In this document: positions 39,880-53,431 of the stretch, piece by piece
How the letters are laid out: every line of letters begins with the position of its first letter
Position numbering within the stretch: position 1 is the first letter of the stretch
Assembly: GCA_964016885.1 (NCBI GenBank)
Contig: OZ024740.1
Location: 167,524,001 to 167,588,000, forward strand
From: Eledone cirrhosa
Taxonomy: Eukaryota
DNA length: 64,000 bases
Direction: 5' to 3'
The notes under the pieces: model-generated
The model's database searches: none
What the model was told of the DNA's origin: nothing
What the model saw: the letters and a program-made list of their open reading frames with translations, nothing else
Made by a program: the position numbers and the translations under genes

Positions 39880-40715
39880 AGTTAATTATATCGAAAGAGA
39901 AAAGTTGTAGTCAACGCTATTTGAACTCAGAATGTGAATCACTTGAAAAGATATTGAATTTTGCAATAATAATCCACAATAATAGTAAATAATTGTTTCA
40001 ACTTTTTGGCACAAGGCCAGCAATTATCCCAGGGCATTACTAGTGCTTCATTTTAATGCACTGGGATAATTGCTGGCCTTGTGCCAAAAAACCCAAAAAA
40101 TTATTTACTATTATTGTTGATTATTATTGCAAAATGCAATAATAATTGTTTCTACTATTGGCACAAGGCCAGCAATTATCCAGTACATTACTGGTACTTT
40201 ATTTTATCGACCCCGTAAGAATGAAAGGCAAAGTTAACCTCGGCGGCAAAATGCAATAATAATTGTTTCTACTTTAGGCACAAGGCCAGCAATTAACCAG
40301 TACATTACTGGTACTTTATTTTATCGACCCCATAAGGATGAAAGGCAAAGTTAACCTCGGCGGCATTTGAACTCAGACTGTAAAGAGACGTATCTATGCT
40401 AGAAAGCATGGCGTCCAACCCTCTACCGATACTGCCAATTCACCGCCCCATGCAAAATGCAATAATAATTGTTTCTACTTTTGGCACATGGCCATCAATT
40501 ACCCAGTGCATGACTGGTACTTCATGCAATAATTGTTTCTACTTTTGGCACAAGGCCAGCAAATACTCAGTACATTACTGGTACTTTACTTTATCGACCC
40601 CGTAAGGATGAAAGGCAAAGTTAACCTCGGCGGGATTTGAACTCAGAATGGCAAGGGCCGTAACTCTATGCGTCAAAGCATGGCGTCCGACCTTCAACCG
40701 ACGCTGCCAATCCAT
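39880..40715 (-). mobile_element. Cluster of about 6 full or partial SINE family A copies including a foldback
   Basis: Repeated ATGCAATAATAATTGTTTCTACT...GGCACAAGGCCAGC starts. Inverted arms at about 39954-40038 and 40054-40140. Confidence 0.9.
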
Positions 40716-41682
40716 GCAATAATAATAGTAAATAATCATAGTAAAAATATTAGTAGTAACATTGGAAATAACAATAGTAATAAAGTTAGTAAAGTTAGTA
40801 ACTTATAAAGTGTCTGTGTCTCTGTGTAATTTTGTATGTTGTGTGTGTGTGGTTATGTGCATCATATTGATGAATAAGTTGATAAATCGATTGTATGGAA
40901 ACTTATAGCTTATAGATAGTTGGATGAATGTATGCATAAAGTATACAAATCTATTAACAGATGAAGGAGCAAACTGAGAATAGAAAAGAAACGCTTCAAT
41001 ATAAAACCACACAACACGAAACAAGTATAAAACAAACAAACCCCTAACAGTCTAAGTAGGCAGTTCAGTGACAATGCCAAATAGAGTTCTTGCAATAACG
41101 TCCAGTATATATTTTCGTAAAATATTTACTTGTAAAGAAATTACTCAAACAATACCCGAAGGAGTTAAGAAATAGGTAAATAACCGTGCGTCTAAAATCT
41201 TAATATTCACAGGGGGCTTAGAGCTAATGGAGTTTTGGTTGTGCCGTTTATACGACTTTACTAAAGAAATAAGTAGGGTTTCCATTAAGATAATAAAGAT
41301 GCAATTATTTGGTTTGTATTAAAGAGCAATTTCACCTCGTATATGATAACGCAATATTAAAGATATTAGTGCATTATTAGACATGCATGCAGTATATGTG
41401 CAGATGTGCATATATTTATGTGAAATAATGTGTGCATATATATTGTGGCATATATATATTTATATATATATATATATACATATATATGTATATATATATA
41501 TATAGAGCAAACATCACGGACGCTCTATCTCAAAATTATTTTTGAAAAGCATTAGAAATGTGCAACCGGTAAAACTTAAAACCAAAACTGAATACTAACC
41601 AATACTATTACTAAGTTTCACTTATTCCTAATTAAACTATTTTTCACTGTGAACAATTTGTCAGCATTTTCTTTTCCGTTTA

Positions 41683-41743
<61 letters not shown>

Positions 41744-41748
<5 letters not shown>

Positions 41749-42010
41749 GAGATGAAATCGAAAATGCAACTGGAGTCTTATTTTTTTTTTAAATATATAT
41801 AATTATTTGGTTCCTTTACCGGTTTCGCAGTTCTCAACTCACCTTTTGAAAAGCAGAAGAACTGCGAAACCGGTAAAGGAACCAAATAAATATATATATT
41901 TAAAAAAAAAATAAGACTCCAGTTGCATTTTCGATTTCATCTCTTTTTCTTTATACTTTCACTCGTGTAGGACACCGCGGTTATTTTTCATTTTGTAAAA
42001 AAAACCTCAC

Positions 42011-42017
<7 letters not shown>
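41744..42017 (+). mobile_element. Short hammerhead element with a 90-bp foldback, between two (TA)n tracts
   Basis: 41744-41834 is the reverse complement of 41858-41948. Confidence 0.85.
41842..41879 (+). ncRNA. Minimal type-I hammerhead ribozyme with U3-A8 core and all stems intact
   Basis: CCTT TTGAAAA GCAG(AAGAA)CTGC GAAAC CG GTA|AAGG. Stem III is the palindrome ACCGGT. Confidence 0.8.
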
Positions 42018-42058
<41 letters not shown>

Positions 42059-42174
42059 GTAGTTCTACAACAGTAAGTTCACCATTACTGAGAAGAATTA
42101 TGCCACCTTATTCGGATCATCAGGTCGGTTTATACACACACACGCGCACACAAACACACAAACACACACACACA

Positions 42175-42206
<32 letters not shown>

Positions 42207-42214
42207 TACACACA

Positions 42215-42275
<61 letters not shown>

Positions 42276-42280
<5 letters not shown>

Positions 42281-42431
42281 AACAAGTATGACCCCGACGG
42301 GAAATAGCCGTCGAAACGGCTTGAGCTCTGCCGCGGGGTCATACTTGTTCCTATTTCCCACTCTACTGCACTAAGTATTGAGTACTTTGGTGCGTTATGG
42401 TCCATCTGGTTCCTTACCAGAATCCCTTCGT
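42276..42431 (+). mobile_element. Terminal fragment of the PLE family at 2872-5543 with a 25-bp inverted 5' copy, between (TA)n tracts
   Basis: ATAGGAACAAGTATGACCCCGACGG pairs with 42331-42354. The body matches 36280-36408. Confidence 0.85.
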
Positions 42432-42479
42432 TATATATATATATATATATACATATGTATGTAAATATACATTCATATA

Positions 42480-42960
42480 AGGTGACACCAACGATTTTCC
42501 CGGATAATAACATAGAAGAAATAATGATATAGGGTCCGAAGAAGTCCGTAGAGGCGAAATATGAATCCAGCAGTAAGCAACAGAAATTTATCCAGCTTAA
42601 ACTTTCACGAGGCTGACTATAAAAAGGATCCAGGAATGGATCGTGAAGCCAAACTGGAGCGGCATCTTCACACATGGCATCAACAGGCACTTTCAACATT
42701 TCATGAAAACAGTACAAACCATATGCTGTAAGTTCGTCCCGAAAATAAAGGCCGACAGACACAAAAACTTTATTTCCAGAGACAGGAAAATCCTCACGAG
42801 ACGAAGAATAGTGATCTCTAACCTGTTAAGTGCACAACAGAAGAACAAGAAAGAATCCCATTTGAAACAAGCACTGCTTGAAATTGAAACTACACTCAAA
42901 CTTTCCCATGTAGAGAAGAGTAGAGAGAGTGAGGCCATATAAAATATAAAATCCCATGAC
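42480..42960 (+). mobile_element. Decayed CR1/L2-like LINE fragment (EN-RT linker)
   Basis: FIQLKLSR followed by FMKTVQTICCKFVPK...ISRDRKILTRRR. Weak motif resemblance only. Confidence 0.4.
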
Positions 42961-43225
42961 CACAGGCTGAAGCACTTCCATCCACTTCTATTTACTTTGC
43001 ACGTCCTAGCACTCCACCCCTCACACAAGCACGAATAACCACTTCACCAGTCCCCACAGACGTCTCCCACCAAATCCTGCAGCCAATACTGTAAAATGGT
43101 CTTCGTGAGCATACGACAAAATGCGCCCAGCCCATACTGTAAAGTGGTCATCTAGGTGGCACGATAAAAATAACCCCGCACATACTGTAAATGTGTGTAT
43201 GTGTGTGTCTCTGTAAGTGTGTTTA

Positions 43226-43288
<63 letters not shown>

Positions 43289-44354
43289 CACTAAGTCTTT
43301 GGGACAACGGTGAAAACACAATGTCGGTGTGTCAAACGGAAATTTTATTGCATTTCAACACGCTTCGTTTATATTCCTTACGCCTGGTTAATCTTGCATC
43401 CCGCCAAAAACTCTGGTGATATATGTACCCGAAAAAGCAAGTGTCGATATGATTGACTAAAGATTCTCGAAAAGTGGACAGTACAATAGCTACAATCTAA
43501 TAATTTAAACAGTAAGCGGAGGAAAGTTAAAAGACTACACATGAATTGTATGTCTGCATTTACCTGTTAAACTAACGCGTGGACCAGCATGTCATCACAT
43601 CCCAAGTAATATACGGAAAATACATATGCAGACAAATCATTGTAAATTATATTCTTCACACTAATGACGACGGAAATATACTAATCATTCCACTAGCAAA
43701 TATACCAACTTTTGTGTCATAAGGACCTTCGGGTACTAGAGATAATTCGCCTATTATGACTCAAGATTCGTTAGCATGTTTTAGCTTATCGTTGATCTGA
43801 CAAGATTCTTAATACAAGCTAAACGCTGATATATATTTTAGCATGTGCACCCTCTATTAATATGTAATAGATACTTCGATGTGATATAATTACACATGGG
43901 AATGGTTTAAGATCCAGCTCAGTAGGTTTGTTTAATAATTCAATTAGTATAATTTGTGCGGTAGAAATATCTGATTGATATAGTGATTTTCAATGGAAAA
44001 TTCCGCATCAATTGATATATCGATATTATATACGTCACGCTATTGATTAAGAGTTAACTATATCCAATAATGTTCTGTTTTAGGGCAGCATTTCCAAATA
44101 AATGAAAAATAAATTATTGAAATATAAGGCAGTATCGAAATGTTTAGAAATATATGAAATGACGAAGTCAAATATTGTTTCCACCAACCTAAGCCCTCCT
44201 AGATTGCAGAATATGTCTGTGCATCGCATTTACCATCTTCTCCAATGAAAAATGTTATCCTATGACGCTTGCTGGAATATTCGTCTTGGTTTCCTATAAT
44301 TTCAGCAATAACTTTGTCTTCCCATTGTAAATCATCCAATGAGCTAAAATAAAA

Positions 44355-44490
44355 TAATTGTTTCTACTTTTGGCGCAATGCCAGCAATTACCCAGTACCT
44401 GACTGGTACTTTATTTTATCGACCCCGTAGGGATGAAAGGCAAAGTTAACCTCGACGGGATTTGAACACAGACCGCAATAGGACGTAATT
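44355..44490 (-). mobile_element. SINE family A copy
   Basis: Family core. Further copies lie at about 15385-15480(+), 46020-46165(+), 61160-61250(-) and 61830-61975(+). Confidence 0.85.
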
Positions 44491-44599
44491 ATGCTATTGC
44501 TCATTTAACAGGGATTTTAAATTATTTACTCACTTCTCTATCAAGTAATGTATTCTTAGATCGAAGAACAGAGTTACATGAAAGGATTGCTGTTTAATT

Positions 44600-45400
44600 T
44601 TGGATCCAAATTGATGCCTTGATATTGCAATCAAAGCAATTAAATCAGTTGGGATTTCACCTGCATTCTAAATTGCTTTCGAAGTTACACGCCGAAAGTA
44701 AAAGGACATAATAGCTGTTAGTAATCCAGGAATGTGACCTGTGAAGAGCTTATGATTTGAATACATGCTGACCACCGAGTATAAGACACCATGCAGTGAA
44801 ATTTCTATGTATAATTTTCTAGAATTTGCCATCGTTGATGCTTATAATAGACAGAAGTAGAACATGCAATGGACGGATTGGATTAACTTAGAATTGCTGG
44901 CCAATCATTATAGTGAACAGATATATTACTGACTATATTTATCAAAGATTTAAACATGACAGGTAGAAAAAGAAATATGGTGTATATTTTAAACTAGCAG
45001 ATATTTAGCTATATTTAGCTGCATGATCACCTTTCATTTGTATGCAGTGAAAAAAATGAACAATCTTGTCGTTTTACATGTCGGCTAGAAAAGGTTGTAG
45101 GACAGCTATATTGTAATAGCAATGCAATTAGTTCCATACATGGTGCACGTGGTGTTGTATCTACATTACTGTTGCAATATTTGGTATACTATTGAATAGC
45201 CTGTCTGACATGATCCCGCGCACGTTTTAAAGTTTTCTTCGAAGGATTTGTCTTCTCTTGAATAATATAAATCAAATGACATTCAACGGATGGATCTGTG
45301 GATAAATCTTATTTCCAAATGTTGGCAGATAACATTACAAATGAATCTTCTCTACCTGCCATGGCTCTCGATGACAAAGACATAGGAAACAGAGAAACGC
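44600..45400 (-). pseudogene. Possible highly decayed hAT (SPIN/GTF2IRD2-like) transposase remnant
   Basis: Minus-strand peptides TTPRAPCM (compare TTDGAPSM) near 45150 and LHTNER*S (compare HTEVRWLS) near 45035, in the expected order but too closely spaced. Confidence 0.3.
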
Positions 45401-46494
45401 ATTTTTAACAACTACCCTAACTAGTCAGTCATACGAGTGTTCCTCACTATCTTTAATGTTATGTGTTATTAAAGAAATAGGGAATGTAAATTCTATGGAA
45501 ATATTTATTCTCTTCGTTTTACAGCTTCATTAACCACGGTGGTGACAAGCATTTCTCCTGATATTACAATGTCGTACTCAAATAATATTAAATGAACTAC
45601 TGTAACAATTTCACTTGGTTTACTTGTCATCTGAACTGCTGCTTCATTAATTTCAGTTGGCCGAGTGATTAGGTTCTTGTTGTTGTAGAACTCTGTGTTT
45701 CAAATTCACCATTACTAACAGGATGCATGGAATCACTTGTCCTGCAAAATACAAGACTTTCTAACATTTGCTCTCCTTTTGAGGAATTTGATATAATTAA
45801 ATCTGTTAATTTCTTTGTTTTTTTCATATACTAAGATATGATGGTACATTTCCAAAACCAGTGGTGGTTCGATAAAAAATAAGCAGCCTTTTCCTTTAAA
45901 ATTATTAAAATGTGAATTTGCCGATACAATTACTGAACAATACTATTTCTATTGATATGCGTGTTATTAATGGGTACACTAAATAAAGTATATTTTTATT
46001 AATGTATTACAATATTCTTGGCAGCAAAGAGTTACGTCCCTTTATGGTCTGAGTTCAAATCCCGCCGTGGTTAAGTTTGTCGTTCATCCTTACGGGGTCG
46101 ATAAAATAAAGCACCCTAATACACTGGGATAATTGCTGGCCTTGTGCCAAATGTAGAAACAATTATATACAATAATATATTCTCAATCAGAACAGAATTC
46201 ATTAATTCCATAAAATAACTTCAGTATTTGTATTTAAAAATCTTTATATTAAAAAACATTTATATTAACACAAACTCTCTCTGAGTGAGGAAGACTACTT
46301 CATTGTTATATATATTGGATATCTGCCTAAGACGCAGACACATACATGTGTACAATTACCACTTATAATACAGAATTGCGTTTATTTCTATATTTTAATA
46401 TTAATTTATATGATTACCAGCTTCACTAATTTATTCTGTCCATGTGCATACAGACTGATAATAGTGGGGTATACCTGCCTACATATATGCATAT

Positions 46495-46722
46495 CATTGT
46501 TCTTGAGCAAGACACTTAATTTTAGGTTGCTCCAATCCACACATCTGAGAAACATTAGTTGCACATGTAATTCAAGGGATCAGCCATGTCACATTTTATG
46601 CCAGGGAGTCTCTCCGAGAACTACGTTAGGTATGGATGCGTCTATGGATTGTTCAGCCACTTGAACGTTAATTTCACAAGTAGGCATATCTATTGATTGA
46701 ATAAACTGGAGAAGAGATCGTG
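46495..46722 (+). mobile_element. SINE sharing the family B central domain, with a different tail
   Basis: TTGTTCTTGAGCAAGACACTT...GTTGCTCCA is shared with 52645-52685. The tail resembles 33880-33985. Confidence 0.6.
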
Positions 46723-46899
46723 GAATCGACGGAGGTCCAACAACAAACTCAAAAATATCTACAAATGCATATGAACGTATGTATACATACATATATGTGT
46801 GTGTGTGTGTGTATATATATATATAAATATATACATATATATATGCGTGTGTATTTGTCTATCTTTATTTATATCTTACTACTTCTCTCTGCCTCGCTC

Positions 46900-46948
<49 letters not shown>

Positions 46949-47035
46949 CCCCCCACTCTCAAGCGTGAACCTAATACCTACTATACTGTTTGTACTGCAC
47001 TCTTCGTTATTGTTTTTTTTTACTTTTTAACTTAC

Positions 47036-47156
<121 letters not shown>

Positions 47157-47572
47157 TGAGAGAGGGGGGTAACATACATGTGGGGTTAGATATATATGAT
47201 AGAAAATAAAATATGAAGAATATCCATATTTCAATATTTGCGTGTGTGTTTTGGAATGCAATTACTAAGGAATATAGTTAATGTACAGAAAAAAATACAT
47301 AGCATGAAGATGAATATATTAGGGGCTACCTTAAAATGTCTGAAGCGTTTACAAGAAACCTGTGCTGAAATCTGGCAACTTACGTCTACATAATCGATAA
47401 AATGTTGCTATGACAACAAACTCTACTTAAGTTGAGAGATCTTCACTTGAAGACTGTATACGTAAACATTAATAATTATAATGCCCCTAAAAGATGCATA
47501 TATATATATATGTGTGTATGTGTATGTGCATGTGTGTGGGTGTGTATTTGTGTGTGTGTATATTTATATATT

Positions 47573-47694
<122 letters not shown>

Positions 47695-47999
47695 TATATA
47701 TATATATATATATATATGAAAGATGTTCATACCACGGCAAATGATCGTGTAAGAGTCGTCGATAACGATAGATAGTAGTTGCGAAAATAGGGTAAAGTGC
47801 CCCCTGATGCCTGTATCCTATTTGAGACGTGTCATTCACAACGGATTAACTGTTAAAAATGACCTGCTCTATTTAAACAAATAATTATGGAAACGCGTAT
47901 GTTTGGATCTGTCTTGGTTTAGCAAAGACTCAATGGAGGATATATTTTCTTTCAATTGTTGAATCTATAAATCTCTCATTGGGTTGGCCTTCAGATGAG

Positions 48000-48460
48000 T
48001 CATGTGTGCCGGGTAGCCTGGATCTCTGAAAATCACTTAAGCAATGGCAGTCGGAAGTTATAATCCCAATTCTCAAAAAGGGAGACGAGAGAGATAGTTC
48101 CAGTTATAGAGGGATCGTCTTGTTAGATGTATGAAAATTATTGCGTCCATGCTAGTTGATGATCAGTGCGGTTTCCGCCCCGCACGCAACAGAGACAACC
48201 AAATATTTACACTGTGGAAGGCCTTCCAGAAATCGTGGGAGTATTGCCAAGAGGTATATACTAGTTTTGTCGACATTGAAAAGGCATATGGCTCCGTTAC
48301 TCGGGAGCTGCTGTGGAAGGTTTTTCAGAAGTATGGAATCGATAGTCAACTTCTTGTCGCCCTGATGTCTCTATACGAATGCCCCAGTGGTTGTGTTTGG
48401 ATAAATGGTGCTAAATCGAAACTATTCAATGTGGGAGTCGGACTCAACCAAGGGTTCGGT
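48000..48460 (+). mobile_element. RTE-clade RT fragment
   Basis: Peptides IIPILKKGD, DQCGFRP, FVDIEKAYGSV and FNVGVGLNQG. Confidence 0.8.
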
Positions 48461-48635
48461 GATATTTGTATGCAAATGGCGTCAATGAATTAAATATAAA
48501 AACATACAATAAAAGATTCCCCACATCTCAGAGCAAAGTCTTACTATTTGCTATTTACTATATTCCTCGTAAGTAGCAATATCAGCATCAGTATCTCCAC
48601 TAACGGTGCCACCAACAATACCATCACCACAACCC

Positions 48636-48684
<49 letters not shown>

Positions 48685-49095
48685 CGCTTCTGCTACTGCT
48701 GCTACTACTGGATGATTTATTTCAATTATGTTTTATTGCTTTTGTGCATCGAGTACATTAGACACCTCCGATAAGGCGTATGATGATGACGATGACTATA
48801 ATGATGACGGCGTCGACAACGAAGATGACGATGACTACTACAACTGGTGATTACACCGATAAATACCCTTACACAACATAGTTGATATCACATTGGAGTG
48901 ACCATGGAACATATCAACATCATAATCGTCATAGCCGCCATAAACTTTGCAATCAGTGATAACATTATCACAATAAACGTTACTACTATTGCCATCGTAA
49001 ATAATTTATTACCAGTTTCATTGACAACATACCATCATTGCTAACTTATATTGCAACGTATGCGTATGGTTTTCACAAGCCAGATTTATCTACTC

Positions 49096-49155
<60 letters not shown>

Positions 49156-49629
49156 AAAAGAGTCAGGACCCCGATAGCTAGATCCGATCCTATGGGCATG
49201 TGGTTAGAATGTCTCAGGCAAGAATCGGTGGACAGATTTTACGAGCAAAACCAAATGGTAGGAGACCTAGAGTTAAACCCCGGGCAAAATACTTGGATAC
49301 AATCCAGGCGCTTCACTGGTCTCACCTGGGGATCGAACCAGATCAGTCGGAGGCGGTTGCTTCTGATAGAACCCGCTGAAAAGAGTGTTTGATGATTCTG
49401 CCACCAATAAACACAACGCTACAAGTACACAAAGCTATATTTGTGCAAAGAATATCTTAGCGCAGTTCTTCATCGGGTATGTAAAGTTAGGAGAATGAGT
49501 GGGTTGGAAGTGTGAAATAAAAAAAATATTTATCAGGATGTTTAAGGATGTAGTTTAGTGTGCTGGCGGAGTGATATCTGTATGAAGACTAGGTGTCTCT
49601 TGTACACACACACACACGCACACACGCAC

Positions 49630-49825
<196 letters not shown>

Positions 49826-50039
49826 GTATATATATATGAATTTAGTCCACTATATTTTGATGGACTACTTTCGGGGAGAATCGTATTAGTATAGTAGAGA
49901 TCTAAGGGCAGGGAATCTTAAAAATTCCAATTGATTAAGTATATAATGAGAAACCTTACATATGTAAGGGGGATAACTTTAACAAGAATAGGGAGTAACT
50001 TGAGTTCATAGCGAAAACGTGTTAATTAAATAATTCGAA

Positions 50040-51000
50040 AATTTCCATCTGGCCTGATCATCACTTGAGAAACTATATCGATTTGTTAGGGCATCAGTTT
50101 AAAAAGTCCAGTTGTGTACGTAGGTGGTGTTTTTTTAGAAGGCAGATGTTAAAATATATTAGTGTTTTCCACGCTGTATGGTTTTTCCCACCATCCTGCA
50201 ATTTATGGAGAAGTTTGTGCCGTTACATGGTTTGCAAGCCGAGTATTATGTTTCTTGAAGGGACGTCTGAAGCTTTTTTCGTAATTCAGGAAACGGTTTT
50301 TGAAACGGTTTTCTGACATCCCTGCAAACGTCCAGGCTTCTGCATGGTGCTTTTGGTTGGTGGAGTTCACTGCTGCTTCATATATTACTGCTAGTGTGTT
50401 GCACTGTTGGTTTTGGTAGATGAGACAGACCTCCCTTCATCATAAGAATATGGAAGGTGAAATGCCCTTGAGTTTATTGGTGATGTGAGATTTCATATTC
50501 TTAATACATGAATAGATAATTGACACCTTGTCACTGTTAAAAGTCCGCCGGAGTTTATGGCCTACAGGAAAGTGTGAATCTAATGGTGCTAGGCATTTCC
50601 TATCTGCGTTAGTCTTCGCGAAAGATGATGCAAAATACACGTCTGTTTTATGGCTAGATTTATTTCCTCCGATATACAGGATGGTCATTTGGAGAATAAG
50701 AGATTTTATCAGAGAAGCCACTGTTGCTTAGTTCTGTGTTAATCCACATGGCTTTTGAACGGCTCTGTATGTTGGTGTGCGTAGGTCTAAGTTAACGTCT
50801 AGGAAATTGTGGTTAGGTTGGTAGAGATTGTGATTTTAGTTGTAGGTTGTTAAAGGTGGTTATCACGTTCTTTGCCGAGGTCATAGCCAATTTTCTGCCT
50901 CGATAATGCTGGACTATCGTCACGATGTAGAGCTGTATTGAAGTCATTCTTACGTAATGTGGCAAAGATAAATAGGCCCTCCAAATCGCATACATCAGTC
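50040..51000 (-). mobile_element. Decayed Penelope-like element (RT thumb to GIY-YIG)
   Basis: LDSHFPVGHKLRRTFNSDKVSIIYSCIKNM aligns with LEKHFPQQHRYHNIINKNTIKLSYS of the 2872-5543 element. LHRDD near 50920 and FLDVNLDL near 50800. Confidence 0.75.
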
Positions 51001-51844
51001 CCGGAATTACTCCATCACCATGAGGCAGACTGAATGAATTGGCGTAATGAGCTAACGAAACATAAGTATCTGCAAAAGCCACTGTTAACACTGATTATAT
51101 ATAACTCATCCCACGGACAGATATTTATACAAAGTTTGTACTAAAATATATATAAACATACGCCGAGTACTTATGCTTAGGGTTTAGTACCAATGAGCGA
51201 AGCAAACAAAGGACAGTGATACTTGCGTTTCCACAAAACAGCATTGAACCACTGTATATTCGCAGTTAGTTATTTGTTTGATATTCGGACATGAACTGGG
51301 ACCGTTCATCATTGATGTGACATCAGTAGTTTATCTTTTTTCCTTGCCTGCCCTGTCAGAATTCCAAGGGAGCCGCGCTCATGGATGTTATTCAACCATC
51401 TTATTCGGGGTCTGCTGTTGGCTGGTTTTCCCGTAAAATGTATGCAACAATATGTGCAAAACATTCCTTAGACATCCTGAACACTTAACCGTATTATTAG
51501 AGCTGAGATTTCTGAATTCAGAGAATAAGCAGCTCGACCTGCCAGATTTGTTGGTTTTCCTGGACACAGGCAGTCCCATGTTTTAGATGCTTACATGGTG
51601 ATAGCTCATCCTCTCTCATAACACAATCAAAAAGCTAGAGAAGAGAACGCAAATAACGTGTAATGATACGACAACGATATATGAGTGTTAGATGTGATAC
51701 AAGCCGGACATATAAACAACCATGGACCTAGAGTGGTAGCTACTAGAAAAGATGGAGCAGTGAGTGGGTGATACATTTAGTTCCCAAGAAAACACTTAAA
51801 ACATCTTAACTATTGGCAACTTGAACGTTACAACCCTTTTAAGT

Positions 51845-51877
<33 letters not shown>

Positions 51878-52421
51878 GCATAAACACACACTCACTCACA
51901 CACATATGTATATAGTGGGAGAAAGTGTGATATATTGAGATTGACAGATTGATATTTATAACCTTCCTTTCATATTTGCTTTGTAAGATTCCTGATGTGA
52001 AATAAAGAGTGCTGAAACAGATACAAGTTAATATTGATATGTATTTGGACATTTCCAATGGGAACACTGGCAATTATATTTCACTTAAATTTTATTAATT
52101 AATCACATAATTCATAAGTGAATTAATTGATTATTGGATTTCTCAAGATCATTTCATCACACCCTGTCACATTATCGGTCACAAATTGTCGCTAATCCAT
52201 CTTTGAGACTCTTTGAGCCGAAAGGAGAACATGATGGGCACTTCGTCATCAATAATTTCATAGGCAGAAACGAAAATTAATGGAAAAATCAAATCAATAA
52301 TTGATGCATTAACTAATTATTTGGTTGATGAATAAAATGGAAGAGAAACACAAAAGTCCGTGAAGAAAGGCAATTTAATCCTCCTAGTGTAGAACTATAT
52401 TTGTTTCAAGACACATTATTT

Positions 52422-52548
<127 letters not shown>

Positions 52549-52569
52549 AGTTGTATATCTGGTGACAGT

Positions 52570-52855
52570 GGAGGCACGCGGCCTAGTGGTAAGTGTGTTG
52601 GACTTACGATCATAATGTCGTGGACACGAATCCTGGGTTGCCTGTTGTGTTCTTGAGCAAAACACTTCATTTCACGTTGCTCCAGTATACTCAGCTGGAA
52701 ATGAGTACCACCAAAAGCTGGAGGTTTAACTCTGTGATGGACTGGCGTCCTGTCCAGGGGGTTGTCTTGTACTCTCAGCCGATTCACTCGATGAAACCGA
52801 GATAAGCACCGGCCAAATGACCATTCTGGCTTAAGACAGACTTTAGACTTTAGAT
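52570..52855 (+). mobile_element. tRNA-derived SINE family B (V-domain-like)
   Basis: A-box GGCCTAGTGG and V-SINE-like CTGTGATGGACTGGCGTCCTGTCCAGGGG. Confidence 0.85.
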
Positions 52856-53017
52856 ATCTGGTGACATTTTCAAAGCCTTTTGACAGCTATGAATTTGAAA
52901 ACTGACAGCATAGCGCCACCTTGTGTGTTCCAACAGATGCTAAATACGGGCAAACAGTGATGGTAACGTCATCATTTCTAACTTACTATTGGAATGCCCT
53001 TACACACATATACGCAA

Positions 53018-53154
<137 letters not shown>

Positions 53155-53277
53155 GCAGTGTTTGATTGCCCCGTTAGGAGAATGTAGAAAATACATATAT
53201 ATATGCAAAATTGTGAGAGCTCAGAAAAATGAGAGAGTATAATATAGAAATGGAATTGCGGAGATGAAGACATGTGC

Positions 53278-53430
53278 ATACATACATACATTCATGCATA
53301 CATACATACATGCATACATACATATATATATATACATCAAGGCTGCGCCCTCGTTATCGAGTATGGCCATTGCACGAGAAAAAAAAATATAAAATAAAAT
53401 AAAAAATAAAAACCATAATACTACTAATAA
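53278..53430 (-). mobile_element. 3' terminus of an RTE element with (TATG)n tail, separated from 58722-59010 by the Tx1 insertion
   Basis: GGCTGC-CCCTCGTTATCGAGTATGGCCATTGCACGAGA also occurs at 59555 and 62464. Confidence 0.8.
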
Positions 53431-53431
53431 T

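Noticed and set aside
39000-39900. Coding-like stretch that might be a decayed DNA transposase
   Set aside because: No motif could be assigned in any frame.
47800-47840. CTGATGC...GAGACGTGTC hammerhead-like remnant
   Set aside because: Two core mutations and no stems.
48590-49040. Low-complexity (ACT)n/(GAT)n region resembling a mucin-like or acidic coding tract
   Set aside because: Decayed trinucleotide repeats with no sustained ORF.
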